Shown here: piece by piece, positions 1-9,914 of the stretch | How the letters are laid out: every line of letters starts with the position of its first letter | Position numbering within the stretch: position 1 is the stretch's first letter | IMG/VR virus record: IMGVR_UViG_3300021256_000002 | Coordinates: 160,001 to 224,000 of that record | Length of the DNA stretch: 64,000 nucleotides | Direction: 5' to 3' (one strand) | Source of the DNA: a virus | Taxonomy: Duplodnaviria; Caudoviricetes | Notes under the pieces: model-generated | Told to the model about the DNA's origin: nothing | The model's input: only the letters and a program-made list of their open reading frames with translations | The model's database searches: none | Made by a program: the position numbers and the translations under genes

Positions 1-204
1 TTAGCGGTAATGGTTTTAGCCGGTATGTTGGCTCCTATTTTCCTAAATGGAGGTGATAATATCAAAAGTGATGAGGCTGATATCAAAGCAGTTGAAATCG
101 ACGATGTACGTCAATACAAATTCACCGATAAAGAAAATAATGTCGAATACGTTATAACCGACAAGCCAGACGGTGTTTCTGTTAAGCGTAAAAATATTAA
201 CTAA
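1..204 (+). CDS. small membrane-anchored hypothetical protein, probably 5'-truncated; paralog of 219-497
   Basis: Frame is open to the window edge; shares IKA.E.DDVRQYKFTD.ENNVEY.ITDKPDGV with the next ORF. Confidence 0.7.
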   Translation, partial: LAVMVLAGMLAPIFLNGGDNIKSDEADIKAVEIDDVRQYKFTDKENNVEYVITDKPDGVSVKRKNIN

Positions 205-218
205 GGAGGTAAAGTAGT

Positions 219-497
219 ATGAAGCTATCAGAAATACTTAATAATTCTGAGAAATGTATGAACGTGATGTGTCTTATGGTAGTAATTGCTTTTGCTATAA
301 CTTTAGCTATATGGGGAGCATGTAGGGGAATTGTTATAGTACTCGATTCCGTTTATGGTAATAACCCACCCAATATTAAAGCATTGGAAGTTGATGATGT
401 TCGTCAGTATAAATTTACTGATACTGAAAACAACGTTGAGTATATTATAACGGATAAACCCGACGGCGTTACTACTAGCCGTAAAAATATTGAATAA
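219..497 (+). CDS. small membrane-anchored hypothetical protein (tandem paralog)
   Basis: AAGGAGG RBS, one hydrophobic helix, C-terminal domain nearly identical to the preceding ORF. Confidence 0.8.
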   Translation: MKLSEILNNSEKCMNVMCLMVVIAFAITLAIWGACRGIVIVLDSVYGNNPPNIKALEVDDVRQYKFTDTENNVEYIITDKPDGVTTSRKNIE

Positions 498-510
498 GGA
501 GGCTTGATTA

Positions 511-765
511 ATGCATCATGCCGTGTTAATGTATCATATCCCGCGATTGTTGGGAAAAACGGTACCAATGTGTTGCAAAATAAAAGGAAAGAAAGGTAAA
601 AAGCCGCTTGATTTAAATTCAAATAAGTTTTTGTTTAATATGGTTATTACGTTAATGATATCCATGATTTTTAGTGTGTTTATACAGAATCTTATTATAT
701 GTATAGACTGTGTAAGGGGGATACTGGAATGGCTGGACAAGCTACTACAAAAAGATTCACATTAA
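511..765 (+). CDS. hypothetical membrane protein
   Basis: AAGGAGG RBS; Lys-rich patch followed by a hydrophobic segment. Confidence 0.5.
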   Translation: MHHAVLMYHIPRLLGKTVPMCCKIKGKKGKKPLDLNSNKFLFNMVITLMISMIFSVFIQNLIICIDCVRGILEWLDKLLQKDSH

Positions 766-944
766 CCTGTGTGTGGAAAAATGGCACTACGAGTCAGATG
801 AGTGAAGCGTTGGAAACTGAAGCCGAAGCTATCGACCTTCTTATTCATGATCAAGATGAGACTGCCGAGCCCGATGATTTGCAGCCATTTCGTTGGAACT
901 CGTTTTCGCCTAGCGTCGATTACTACATGATAACGAAAAGCTGA
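729..944 (+). CDS. hypothetical protein
   Basis: AAGGGGG RBS before ATG 729 (inside track ORF 699-944); terminator follows. Confidence 0.6.
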   Translation: MAGQATTKRFTLTCVWKNGTTSQMSEALETEAEAIDLLIHDQDETAEPDDLQPFRWNSFSPSVDYYMITKS

Positions 945-948
945 TGGT

Positions 949-989
949 AAAAAGAAGAAACGGAATTACTATGTTCCGTTTCTTCTTTT
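949..989. terminator. bidirectional intrinsic terminator
   Basis: AAAAGAAGAAACGGAA/TTCCGTTTCTTCTTTT inverted repeat between convergent genes. Confidence 0.8.
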
Positions 990-992
990 ATG

Positions 993-3128
993 TTAAACTT
1001 TGGATGCTTTGGCTTTAGCCATCATTTCAGCCATCCACTTCTTAGCTTCTTTATCTCTCTTGCGTTTCTTTTTACGAGCTTTCTGCTCTTTATAATAACG
1101 TTTGGAGTCCATATAAATACTCTCTTTGAAGTGTAAATCGTATTCGGATTTCTTGTACTTCCGATACGTATACGGACTCGTAATCTGCTTATTCATATAT
1201 TCAAACGAGATGGAAAGTGCCAGAGATGGGTTATAAATCAACGCATCTGTTACACGGAGAATCTGATAGTTCTCACATGTATCTGGGTCTTTCCAATTCG
1301 GTTCAAGCAAAATATCGTCGGCTTTACGAACAAGCCCTTTGATAAGCAACGAGCAATGAACAACGTCAACGTCGATACCAGACTCAATAGTCAAGTCGCA
1401 CATCTTATTGAGGATTTCATCAATCGTCGTACAACCAAGATGAGGAACTCTATCAAGCAATTTGACAATGTTCTTCAACGGAGTAGACATCTCGTTGTTA
1501 TGGATGTTTACTTTAGCAATTGGATTACCAAAGTCAATGTTAGATAACTTAATAGCCAAATAATCATCTTTCTTTTTCAGTAACTGAGCGATATCACCAT
1601 ACAGGAAGATATCATGATTACCTTTATCTGTAATAGGAATCATTGTACCAGTAGAACGATTTCCAATATAGAAACGCTCCATGCTATAGTTAAAGTCACT
1701 ATCGGTACTTACTTCATCAAGTACAAAGTAATCATCTGTACTGATGAGAAGTTCCCATTTATCGAAATCTTCATCCGAATCCGGATTGAGAAGAATTGTA
1801 CTCGAATCCAATATAAAGAACTTATAGAAGCTCTCATCGAACTCAATCAAATCAGAATGAGTTGAATTCATGTGTTTTGTAGAAAGTATCTTCTGCTGAA
1901 TAGGATTGTTAATCTTTGTAGCAGCGAACTTCCCGATATGGAAATTTGGATTGCAGTTAGTGTAATACAAATCGCCATAACATACATGACAGATTCCATC
2001 ATGTGCACAACACGTAATCGGGTCTCTCATAAGAACAGTCTGACCAATCAGATGATCATCTGTCCGATAATCGATAATGTGATAAGACCCATCCTCCAAC
2101 ACTATATAACGGTTATTGGCTCTCTTAAGATGCTCTTTATCCGCAATATAGTATTTGATTGGTCTACTAGAATGACAGTCATCTACAGTCTGAGACATTC
2201 TGTATGAAGAAGACAACTGCATTGTCTTGTATGCAAAGTGACCAGAACGACCCATTACCGTTTTATTCATAATCAACGGTTTACAACCAGCCTGACCATC
2301 AATATAGAAGTTAGATACGGAATCCAAACCTCTATGAATGTAGCTGGAGTTAATTGGGATAGGAATAACGTTTCCTTCTACGTCTGGCTTCAGACCACCA
2401 TTGATAGCGAACTGAGATAACTGACCAAGGTTCAAACCTTTACCACTTGCGATAAATGGTTTAAGAAGATTATTATCATCTTCCGTTATAATCTTAACCA
2501 TGGTCTTCAAATCGTTAGATAAGATATCTTCGATTTCTTTTGGCTGAATACCTTCAGCTAATCTACGTTCAGTTAATTCCTTGAATTTAGGATAACGCTC
2601 ACGTAAATCAGAGAAAGCTTCGATATCCATGGTCGTTCCCATAACTTCAGCGAAGTCATAATTGATTCTCGTAAGCAGGAAAATCATATCATCACGAGCT
2701 GCGCTGATATCTTCCATACGGAATTCTTTACGATATGGAATGACGATTTTGTTATTCACATATTCATCACTGTACTTCTGACAGAATTTATATCCGTCGA
2801 AAATATGAGAATCGTTTACATGATCTGGTATCTCCAAATACAAGAACGGATACCAATACATAAGGTTGATAATGAAATGACGAACTTCCATAGTCTTAAT
2901 AGGCTCACGTTCATCATTCTTAAAACGAAACTTTAACGGGTGTTTACGAACACGTTCCTGTTCAAACCCTTGCTTCATGTAATCATAAAGCTCACATAAA
3001 ATATGCTTGTAAGTTTTCTTATCGCTGAGAATTTCTCTAACGATGAAAATAGTTGAGTTTAGGCGTTCGTCGAATGCAGGGTAATCAATATCACCGAGCA
3101 ATTCATCTTCTCTAGATAAATCGAACAT
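993..3128 (-). CDS. non-virion multisubunit RNA polymerase, beta' C-terminal subunit
   Basis: GLKPD..G...PIPINSSY..GL, bridge-helix-like SGHFAYK, Zn ligands DDC / CCAHDGICHVCYG, trigger-loop-like QKILSTKH; preceded by the early promoter motif. Confidence 0.88.
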   Translation of the reverse strand: MFDLSREDELLGDIDYPAFDERLNSTIFIVREILSDKKTYKHILCELYDYMKQGFEQERVRKHPLKFRFKNDEREPIKTMEVRHFIINLMYWYPFLYLEIPDHVNDSHIFDGYKFCQKYSDEYVNNKIVIPYRKEFRMEDISAARDDMIFLLTRINYDFAEVMGTTMDIEAFSDLRERYPKFKELTERRLAEGIQPKEIEDILSNDLKTMVKIITEDDNNLLKPFIASGKGLNLGQLSQFAINGGLKPDVEGNVIPIPINSSYIHRGLDSVSNFYIDGQAGCKPLIMNKTVMGRSGHFAYKTMQLSSSYRMSQTVDDCHSSRPIKYYIADKEHLKRANNRYIVLEDGSYHIIDYRTDDHLIGQTVLMRDPITCCAHDGICHVCYGDLYYTNCNPNFHIGKFAATKINNPIQQKILSTKHMNSTHSDLIEFDESFYKFFILDSSTILLNPDSDEDFDKWELLISTDDYFVLDEVSTDSDFNYSMERFYIGNRSTGTMIPITDKGNHDIFLYGDIAQLLKKKDDYLAIKLSNIDFGNPIAKVNIHNNEMSTPLKNIVKLLDRVPHLGCTTIDEILNKMCDLTIESGIDVDVVHCSLLIKGLVRKADDILLEPNWKDPDTCENYQILRVTDALIYNPSLALSISFEYMNKQITSPYTYRKYKKSEYDLHFKESIYMDSKRYYKEQKARKKKRKRDKEAKKWMAEMMAKAKASKV

Positions 3129-3198
3129 GCTTTATACCTCCTATAACTACATATAAAAATTTGTACTTTAATTACTAGAATTTCATTACCGTACTAGA

Positions 3199-3217
3199 CC
3201 ATAATATATAGATGAAA
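3199..3217 (-). promoter_or_regulatory. early-class promoter motif
   Basis: Minus strand TTTCATCTATATATTAT upstream of the beta' C gene; motif recurs about 17 times in the window. Confidence 0.65.
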
Positions 3218-3248
3218 TTCGTGTTTAAAAATTGAGGGGTGTAATATA

Positions 3249-3764
3249 ATGAGTAAAAATATCGTAGTTGTTACTAACGAAGAGGGAATCATGGACCGCA
3301 TATTCAAACCGTTATATGCGAAATATCCAACCGACCTTACTCCTATTAAAAATGTTACTACCGATACTTCATCACTTGGATTCTGGGCTAAATGGATTGA
3401 AGATGGTTCTAATGGGCCAACTGTTATGGGATGTCCAATTAAAGATAATCCAGGTTACCAAATTATCAAAATTCCGTTTGCTGGGTTTGCTTATATGGTA
3501 GCATATAATAGAAAGTATCAGCTTGATAATCAAAACCTGATAATTTCTATTAAGGAAAAGATTCCAACTCAGACGTATTCGATGGAGTTATATCATCTAT
3601 ATATCAATAGCCGGGTTAAGGTTGGTATTTCCATGTTTGATGAATACTTCAATATGACAGAAGGTAATTCTCTGTTAGGATTGCTATTTGACCCTGTGAT
3701 GGAAATGATTGCAAATGACCAAATTCCTATGGTTAGTCCAGACATCAAGAATCTGTTGTCTTGA
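3249..3764 (+). CDS. hypothetical protein
   Basis: GAGGGG RBS, 171-aa ORF. Confidence 0.7.
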   Translation: MSKNIVVVTNEEGIMDRIFKPLYAKYPTDLTPIKNVTTDTSSLGFWAKWIEDGSNGPTVMGCPIKDNPGYQIIKIPFAGFAYMVAYNRKYQLDNQNLIISIKEKIPTQTYSMELYHLYINSRVKVGISMFDEYFNMTEGNSLLGLLFDPVMEMIANDQIPMVSPDIKNLLS

Positions 3765-3774
3765 CAGGTATTTA
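3763..3774 (+). promoter_or_regulatory. late-class promoter GACA-N6-TA
   Basis: GACAGGTATTTA just upstream of the RBS of 3800. Confidence 0.6.
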
Positions 3775-3799
3775 AAACCATGATAAGGAAGGTGCTAAA

Positions 3800-5413
3800 A
3801 TGGCTAGAACTTTATATGACCTCCTTGGAGATTTCTCATACACAGAATCAAGCTTTATTAAAGTAGGAGATATAAAACATCATAACGCGATTACTCTCTT
3901 AGCAATTGATCCGGTTAATATGGATAACTTGGTTGAGATATATCCAACCACAAACATTCTGAATGTATTCCTGTACAAAGATTCGAAAACTCCGATTGAC
4001 TTGCTCAATCCGGATTGTCATTTGTCTGAAGCAGACCATGACCTCCTTACCAAATCACCTTTGGCTGGTGGTGCAGTTTGCTTAGACCAGAATGGATGGA
4101 TTCCTCTGGAATTCATGGATAAGAAATTCATTGCGATGTTCGTAGAGTTTGCTACATACGAACAGATGCTCGCTGAATGTACATATAACCCCCAGACTGA
4201 TTATGGCAGATTGGTCATGGTATTCGATATTCGGGGTGAAAAACCTGAAACGTTTACCGATGATACTCCTATATGGGGTGTATATCGTTTGGTGGGAGAT
4301 CCTCATAGCAAGTCTGGATGGGTTCGTTGCTTTACCGAAGGCTATGATACACGTCGTATCACATGGGATGAAGTTGCTGGTGATTTGTTCAAATCAACCG
4401 TAGCTGAAATTGACCAGATGGTTCCGATGCGTCATGAGCATACAGATTTACGAGCACTTGATGCATTATCTATTGATGAAGATGGTAGACTTTGCTATCA
4501 AGGTAAACGAGTAATGTATCGCGAAGATTACAATACTCTCTTGATGGATGTAAAAGAAGACCAACTCGATAGATTACGTGATGGTGATAGTGGTTCAATT
4601 GTATATGCTGAACATGCAGTTATACCACCATCTAAAGCACAGTACGTTGACACGAGTGAATTGGATACGATAGACCATTTCTATGAGAACCGTGCTGATA
4701 TAAACGAGATTCTCTTGATGGATACTAACAAGTTTACTACATTCACTCGATTTGCTTATAATTGTTTCAATCTTGAAATCGTACCAGTATTCGACTTCTC
4801 TAACGCAGAGTCGATGACTGAATCGTTCAAGAACTGTACGAGACTTGACAACTTCTATGAAGTTACTGCTGATAAACTCGTATCCATGCTTGGTACATGG
4901 GAGAATTGCAAATCGTTAAAATTCATTGGTGATATTACCAATAGCGAATTGCTTGAAAATATTACCAATGTATTCAGGAACTGTAAATCGTTAGTATTTA
5001 TTCCTCAGATGAACTTCTATGGCGTTAAATATTTTGAATCGTTTGCTGAAGGATGCGAAACTATCACGATGTTTGATAACTTAATCAATCCGGTGAACTT
5101 CACGAACGCATTTAGAGGATGTGCGAACATAACGAGTATCGGCACTATAAACTTCTCGAGATGCAAATCTCTTGATGGTTGCTTCGAAGGATGCTCCAAT
5201 TTGGAAATGGTGAATATCGTTCCTAATACATTAACGAAATCTATTTCGTTTGAAGGTACTGCACTTAAAATCAGTAATGCAGTTGATATCATCGACGGAT
5301 TACCGTCAGTACCGGTAGAAAGAACTATCAATTTGCGTAATACTCCAGCTTCTGGTGTATCTGTAACATATCAAGATATTGCTAGAGATAAAGGTTGGAC
5401 TATCGTCGTATAA
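3800..5413 (+). CDS. putative tail-fibre/adhesin with C-terminal BspA/DUF285-like leucine-rich repeats
   Basis: N-terminal module shared with 5456-7864 and 7992-8765; repeated F.NC.SL units. Confidence 0.65.
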   Translation: MARTLYDLLGDFSYTESSFIKVGDIKHHNAITLLAIDPVNMDNLVEIYPTTNILNVFLYKDSKTPIDLLNPDCHLSEADHDLLTKSPLAGGAVCLDQNGWIPLEFMDKKFIAMFVEFATYEQMLAECTYNPQTDYGRLVMVFDIRGEKPETFTDDTPIWGVYRLVGDPHSKSGWVRCFTEGYDTRRITWDEVAGDLFKSTVAEIDQMVPMRHEHTDLRALDALSIDEDGRLCYQGKRVMYREDYNTLLMDVKEDQLDRLRDGDSGSIVYAEHAVIPPSKAQYVDTSELDTIDHFYENRADINEILLMDTNKFTTFTRFAYNCFNLEIVPVFDFSNAESMTESFKNCTRLDNFYEVTADKLVSMLGTWENCKSLKFIGDITNSELLENITNVFRNCKSLVFIPQMNFYGVKYFESFAEGCETITMFDNLINPVNFTNAFRGCANITSIGTINFSRCKSLDGCFEGCSNLEMVNIVPNTLTKSISFEGTALKISNAVDIIDGLPSVPVERTINLRNTPASGVSVTYQDIARDKGWTIVV

Positions 5414-5420
5414 AAGAATA

Positions 5421-5451
5421 AAGAGTATAGGCAGAAATTGCCTATACTCTT
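5421..5451. terminator. bidirectional terminator
   Basis: AAGAGTATAGGCA/TGCCTATACTCTT perfect inverted repeat between convergent genes. Confidence 0.75.
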
Positions 5452-5455
5452 ATAT

Positions 5456-7864
5456 TTATGCGTTAGGAACTACTACAAAGCGACCTTCGGATTCAGTTAC
5501 CTGATAACCTTCACCAATCCATTCATCATTCGGTCTAGCGCTGAACGAACCACCAGTAATGGTAAGCGTTACAGTATGCTTAGTACCGATAATAAAGATT
5601 GGAATACCAGTAGGTGCGTCGAACGTACCGCCAGTAATGGTGCAAGTAACATCACCGTAGCGAGCGTTCAAATTGATTACGGCTTCAGCCATACCAGCAG
5701 TGCCGTCTCCACCTTCACCAGTATCACCGTTACCAAGAACGCTAAGTTTACCACCGTTGATTTCAATAACGCCATCGTTCGCAGCAATAGCACCAGCACC
5801 ACCACGAATAATACCATCATTAACAACCAACTTACCTTTATGCGGATGGTAAATTGCATAGTCAACAGTAGAAGTCAACGTACCACCATTCACTGTCGTA
5901 ACAGCATCAGCGTTAGTCAACGAACCGTTACCAGACAAGCAATACCAGCCAGCAGTGAGTTCACCAGAGTTGACGGTGATTTGAGCATCACTAAATCCGC
6001 ATACACCAAACTGACCCTTGTTTACGGGATCGTCTTCGATAACAGCGGAGATACCACCACCATCAAAGGTGAGAGAGCCACCTTCGCTAACCTGAATAAC
6101 ACCGCTTGCATGAGTTCTATCATACGGAGTGGTATTAACAACTTTAGCGGTACCAGTAATAGTCAAACTACCGTTTTCTACTGCGATACCAGAGTTGCTA
6201 CCACCATCAGAGGTAATATCGTTATCCATCTGAATCGCTATATCGTGCTTATCAATTACGATAGGAGTACCTACGCTATTGAGTGCTGCACTAACAGTGA
6301 GAGTATCACCAGGCAGCATCGTAGCTATAGCATCGCTAAGGTCTTCCGGGTTCTCGATGATATAGTCAACAGGAGTGTGCACACCATATTCAAGTTTCCA
6401 ACCTTTATTCGTAACGATAGCACGTTGGTCAGCGGAAAGCAGACTAGCTGATTCTACATCCAAGATATTCAACGTCGGAGCATCACTCGGATCCCCAGTG
6501 TACGGAACAAGACCGTCGAATAAGCTAAGGAGCGAATCAACGTCCAGATTCGTACCCTGAACCGAAAGAGAGACAGACAGAGTCTCAGGAACGACTCTCA
6601 GATACGACAGCTCGATACACTCATTGAACATCCCAGCTACAGCACTGGCAGTTGCAATCGAGGAGAAATCGATAGGAGTATCAATTTTCTCCAGAGAGCT
6701 ATCGCCATTGAACATGGATTTCATGGAAGTTACTCCGTGCGTAGTACCGAACGGATATACACGAACCATATTCGGACAACCGCTATACATACCGATTGCA
6801 GACGTTGCCTGTACCATACTGATTTCAGGACCAAACTTCAGAAGAGAGCATCCACTGAATGCGTAGTCGAAAATATGGCATCTTATAGTATTCATATAAG
6901 GCACCTGTTCCAACTTAGAGCATTCCTGAACGAATCCACCAATGTCATTTGCATACGCAAAGTTATACTGCGGAATCTCTTCCAGATTATAATCCTGGTA
7001 GAACATACGACGGAAAGATGTGGTGCTATTGGTACGAACCTTAGGACCAACTTTCAAGGTGCTATTCTGAGCATACTTCTGATAGCAGGACGCACCTGCA
7101 TTAGGAATATTCTCATTATACCACCAAAGCTGACCTGTGACGGCTTTCAACCATAAATCACCATCAAGAATTTCCTCATCTTTGTAATAATCCCCAAACA
7201 GCCAATGTGAAACGTCTTTACGAAGAGCGACCTCTTCACCTTTGTAAGCAAAATGCTTACCATCAGGAAGTGCTGTAATGTCATTCAATACAGACAGATT
7301 GCCGTCATGAGAATGCATTTTAGCAACCATATCATCAATATCTTCCGGAGAAGACTGAGGCAAGATATGTTTAAGAGCTTCCCAAGTGAGTTCAAGGTCT
7401 AAAGCTTCATGCTCGCAGACTTTTTCCCAACCTTTATCAAGGCTGGTGTAGTCTGCATCACTCGTTCTCTTATAAATAGCCCAACCCGAATCAACTGTCG
7501 GATCGGCACTTGCATCTAATACGAAACAAATAGAGCCGGGATTGACGTTATCAGCAGCGAGCATTGCTGGAATATCAGCAAATTCGATTTTGATATAAGT
7601 CATCCCATCTGGCATATTGTCAAGAGAAACGTATCCGTTTTCATCTAACAAACAGAGACCAAGTGGTTCACCAGCTTTTGCCAGTGCAAGCTTGTTCTTA
7701 GCAGTTAAATGCTCGTTGGAGCTTACGTGATCCCATACAGTGACACCAGATCTACCTTCTATCTCAACCTGTTGAGCAACAGTTTTGGGAAGCATGGTAA
7801 TAATCTCATGGTTCTCGGGATTACGATAAACGAAACCAACAAGCCTTTCTACCGTAATAGCCAT
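5456..7864 (-). CDS. putative tail-fibre/adhesin: shared N-terminal module, LRR region, Gly-rich beta-helix C-terminus
   Basis: EFADIPAML..DASADPTVDSGWAIY module; MF.GC..L repeats; (I/V).GG repeats; late promoter at 7895-7906. Confidence 0.7.
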   Translation of the reverse strand: MAITVERLVGFVYRNPENHEIITMLPKTVAQQVEIEGRSGVTVWDHVSSNEHLTAKNKLALAKAGEPLGLCLLDENGYVSLDNMPDGMTYIKIEFADIPAMLAADNVNPGSICFVLDASADPTVDSGWAIYKRTSDADYTSLDKGWEKVCEHEALDLELTWEALKHILPQSSPEDIDDMVAKMHSHDGNLSVLNDITALPDGKHFAYKGEEVALRKDVSHWLFGDYYKDEEILDGDLWLKAVTGQLWWYNENIPNAGASCYQKYAQNSTLKVGPKVRTNSTTSFRRMFYQDYNLEEIPQYNFAYANDIGGFVQECSKLEQVPYMNTIRCHIFDYAFSGCSLLKFGPEISMVQATSAIGMYSGCPNMVRVYPFGTTHGVTSMKSMFNGDSSLEKIDTPIDFSSIATASAVAGMFNECIELSYLRVVPETLSVSLSVQGTNLDVDSLLSLFDGLVPYTGDPSDAPTLNILDVESASLLSADQRAIVTNKGWKLEYGVHTPVDYIIENPEDLSDAIATMLPGDTLTVSAALNSVGTPIVIDKHDIAIQMDNDITSDGGSNSGIAVENGSLTITGTAKVVNTTPYDRTHASGVIQVSEGGSLTFDGGGISAVIEDDPVNKGQFGVCGFSDAQITVNSGELTAGWYCLSGNGSLTNADAVTTVNGGTLTSTVDYAIYHPHKGKLVVNDGIIRGGAGAIAANDGVIEINGGKLSVLGNGDTGEGGDGTAGMAEAVINLNARYGDVTCTITGGTFDAPTGIPIFIIGTKHTVTLTITGGSFSARPNDEWIGEGYQVTESEGRFVVVPNA

Positions 7865-7894
7865 TTGGAATTCACCTTCTTTCTATTAGTATTT

Positions 7895-7946
7895 TATTCA
7901 TCTGTCAAAATATCAGTGTGCGCGTACTTAACACAACAAGGAAGTA
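7895..7946. promoter_or_regulatory. divergent pair of late-class promoters
   Basis: GACA-GATGAA-TA on minus (7895-7906) and AACA-AGGAAG-TA on plus (7935-7946). Confidence 0.6.
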
Positions 7947-7991
7947 ATCCAAAGGTGAATAACCAATTAAAATAGAAAGGAATGATAAGCA

Positions 7992-8765
7992 ATGCCTATC
8001 AATACTCAGAAATTGATTACTTTGACTCGGGTAAATGCTGACAAGTCCGTTACTGCATACTATCCGAAAACAGTCTCCAGCCAGGTTTACCTGACGGATA
8101 CGCTCACCGTTAAGGATCACGTTGACAATACCAACATCCATCTGTCCGCTGCTGAACGTTTGATGTTCACGAACATGAACCAGGCTAACGGCCTCGTACA
8201 GCTGGATTCCAATGGTTTTGTGCCGACTGCAAATATCAACCCGGCCGTTCTGGCTATCACGACTGAATTCGCTGATATCGCTGCTATGCTCGCAAGCACT
8301 GGTGTTGAACCGGGCCAGCTGGTATGGGTAAATGATGCTTCTGGTGATACGACGGTTACCTCCGGTTGGGCTATCTATCGTAAACGTGTTGGCGTAGGTA
8401 TCGACTACACGGATCTGGCTGGTTGGACGAAGGTTGCTGAATCTGAAGGCCTGGACGTTGTTGTTCAGTGGGCTAACATTCAGGGCAAACCGACCTCTGC
8501 CGTTGCAGATATCGATGACGCTGTTACGAAGAAGCATGAACACACCGACCTGACGGCTCTGAACAAGCTGACGGATGCTGGTAATGGCCTGCTCTATGAC
8601 GGCGCTGCCGTTGCTATGCAGAGCGAAGTTTCCCATCTGGCTCTGGCTACGGAAGCCAATGTTGATACCGTTGCAGCTGGCATGGCTGAAAACGACGTTA
8701 TCTTCGTTGTTACGAATGATAACTTCACGATGCCGACGACGGTTCCGACTCAGCCGACGACCTGA
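7992..8765 (+). CDS. putative virion protein made almost entirely of the shared fibre N-terminal module
   Basis: YYPKT..QV, GLVQLD.NG, EFADIAAML, DASGDTTVTSGWAIY; strongly biased codon usage suggests high expression. Confidence 0.7.
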   Translation: MPINTQKLITLTRVNADKSVTAYYPKTVSSQVYLTDTLTVKDHVDNTNIHLSAAERLMFTNMNQANGLVQLDSNGFVPTANINPAVLAITTEFADIAAMLASTGVEPGQLVWVNDASGDTTVTSGWAIYRKRVGVGIDYTDLAGWTKVAESEGLDVVVQWANIQGKPTSAVADIDDAVTKKHEHTDLTALNKLTDAGNGLLYDGAAVAMQSEVSHLALATEANVDTVAAGMAENDVIFVVTNDNFTMPTTVPTQPTT

Positions 8766-8790
8766 TTGGTTGAATCTGATTATTGCTCAT

Positions 8791-8824
8791 AAAAGAAAGA
8801 TAGAGGTTAATTCCTCTATCTTTC
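8791..8824. terminator. bidirectional terminator
   Basis: AAAGATAGAGG/CCTCTATCTTT inverted repeat. Confidence 0.75.
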
Positions 8825-8831
8825 TTCTGTT

Positions 8832-9914
8832 TCAATAATCCATTTGAACTACACCAGGTTCTAAGGTTTTCATCATCTTCTCAGTGAACCATTTCGGCGC
8901 TACTCGTATTACTTCAAATATCGTAGTTATATTATCTGGGAATGAACGATTCCCATATATTTTCTTACCATTACGAGAAATAACTTGGAATACCAAGACA
9001 TTCTTTTCTCGTGTATATGCACTTATAAAGCTTGGTCTTGGTAATACAATCTCATCGAGTATCATATCAATAAGTGCTGAGCATACCCATTCAGATTCTT
9101 TCAATACAGTTATATTACCCAAGTCATACGTATTATATCTGTTTTTTCCACCATACTCTTTATTTATATCATGATTCATTCTAAACTTAGTAATACCTTG
9201 CTTATTACAAAGCTCGATGAATTTTTCAATATCTTCAATTCCCATTACGGAACTGATTAAATTTAATAATACGGTATAATAGCTTGTATACGGATGATAT
9301 TCATTTATCGTTAATGGATTCTTTAGATGCTTATTTAAAGTTAGATACGTGCTATATTCATAATAATAATCCATATCGATGCCAGTGAATTCTTTTTCAA
9401 TTTCCTTTCGATTCTCTTCTATCCACCAAACGGTATGAAGTTCATTAGCGATTTCCATCCTCAGGTTATCATCTAACACAACATCTTTACCATTCATAGC
9501 ATCGTCGGCTTTCTCGAAGATAATTTCTGGCTGAGTTTTCTCTTCTTTATTCTGAGTTAATAACTTAATATTTTGCTCACAATGAGAAAGCTCATGGAAT
9601 ACAACTCCTACAATTAATCCAAGAGCTTTCTCCTCATCTAACCCACCAAGTCCATTTCGCATTCGACAGCTATTGATTTCTTTGAGAGAATCTATATTGA
9701 TAAAGATAACTCCTCCAGGAATACTCGAACCCATAACAGTTCGATTGATTCCTATATCAATATCTCTTTCTAAACTAAATTTCAAATACTTAGCTTTTAT
9801 AGTAGGATTTATTCTACCATTAGCAAAATTGTATGCGTGTCTTGCAACCATTTTTGTATATTCATAAATCAGGTCTTTAGTGACCAACTTAGTAACATTC
9901 GATTTTTTTCCCAA
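8832..9914 (-). CDS. putative zinc metallopeptidase-like protein (HExxH)
   Basis: VVFHELSHCEQ plus downstream E (MEIANE); overlaps the primase 3' end. Confidence 0.55.
   Translation of the reverse strand: MGKKSNVTKLVTKDLIYEYTKMVARHAYNFANGRINPTIKAKYLKFSLERDIDIGINRTVMGSSIPGGVIFINIDSLKEINSCRMRNGLGGLDEEKALGLIVGVVFHELSHCEQNIKLLTQNKEEKTQPEIIFEKADDAMNGKDVVLDDNLRMEIANELHTVWWIEENRKEIEKEFTGIDMDYYYEYSTYLTLNKHLKNPLTINEYHPYTSYYTVLLNLISSVMGIEDIEKFIELCNKQGITKFRMNHDINKEYGGKNRYNTYDLGNITVLKESEWVCSALIDMILDEIVLPRPSFISAYTREKNVLVFQVISRNGKKIYGNRSFPDNITTIFEVIRVAPKWFTEKMMKTLEPGVVQMDY

Noticed and set aside
3761-3790. TTGACA sites as host sigma-A -35 boxes
   Set aside because: No TATAAT at ~17 nt in the site checked, too close to the RBS, and TA is fixed 6 nt after GACA across sites.
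5438-6451. 337-aa S/T-rich plus-strand ORF (likewise 7905-8636, 25412-26194, 62899-63756)
   Set aside because: Antisense to well-supported genes; explained by codon bias.
3800-8765. Invertible tail-fibre shufflon
   Set aside because: No recombinase or DNA-level inverted crossover sites seen; each gene has its own promoter and RBS.
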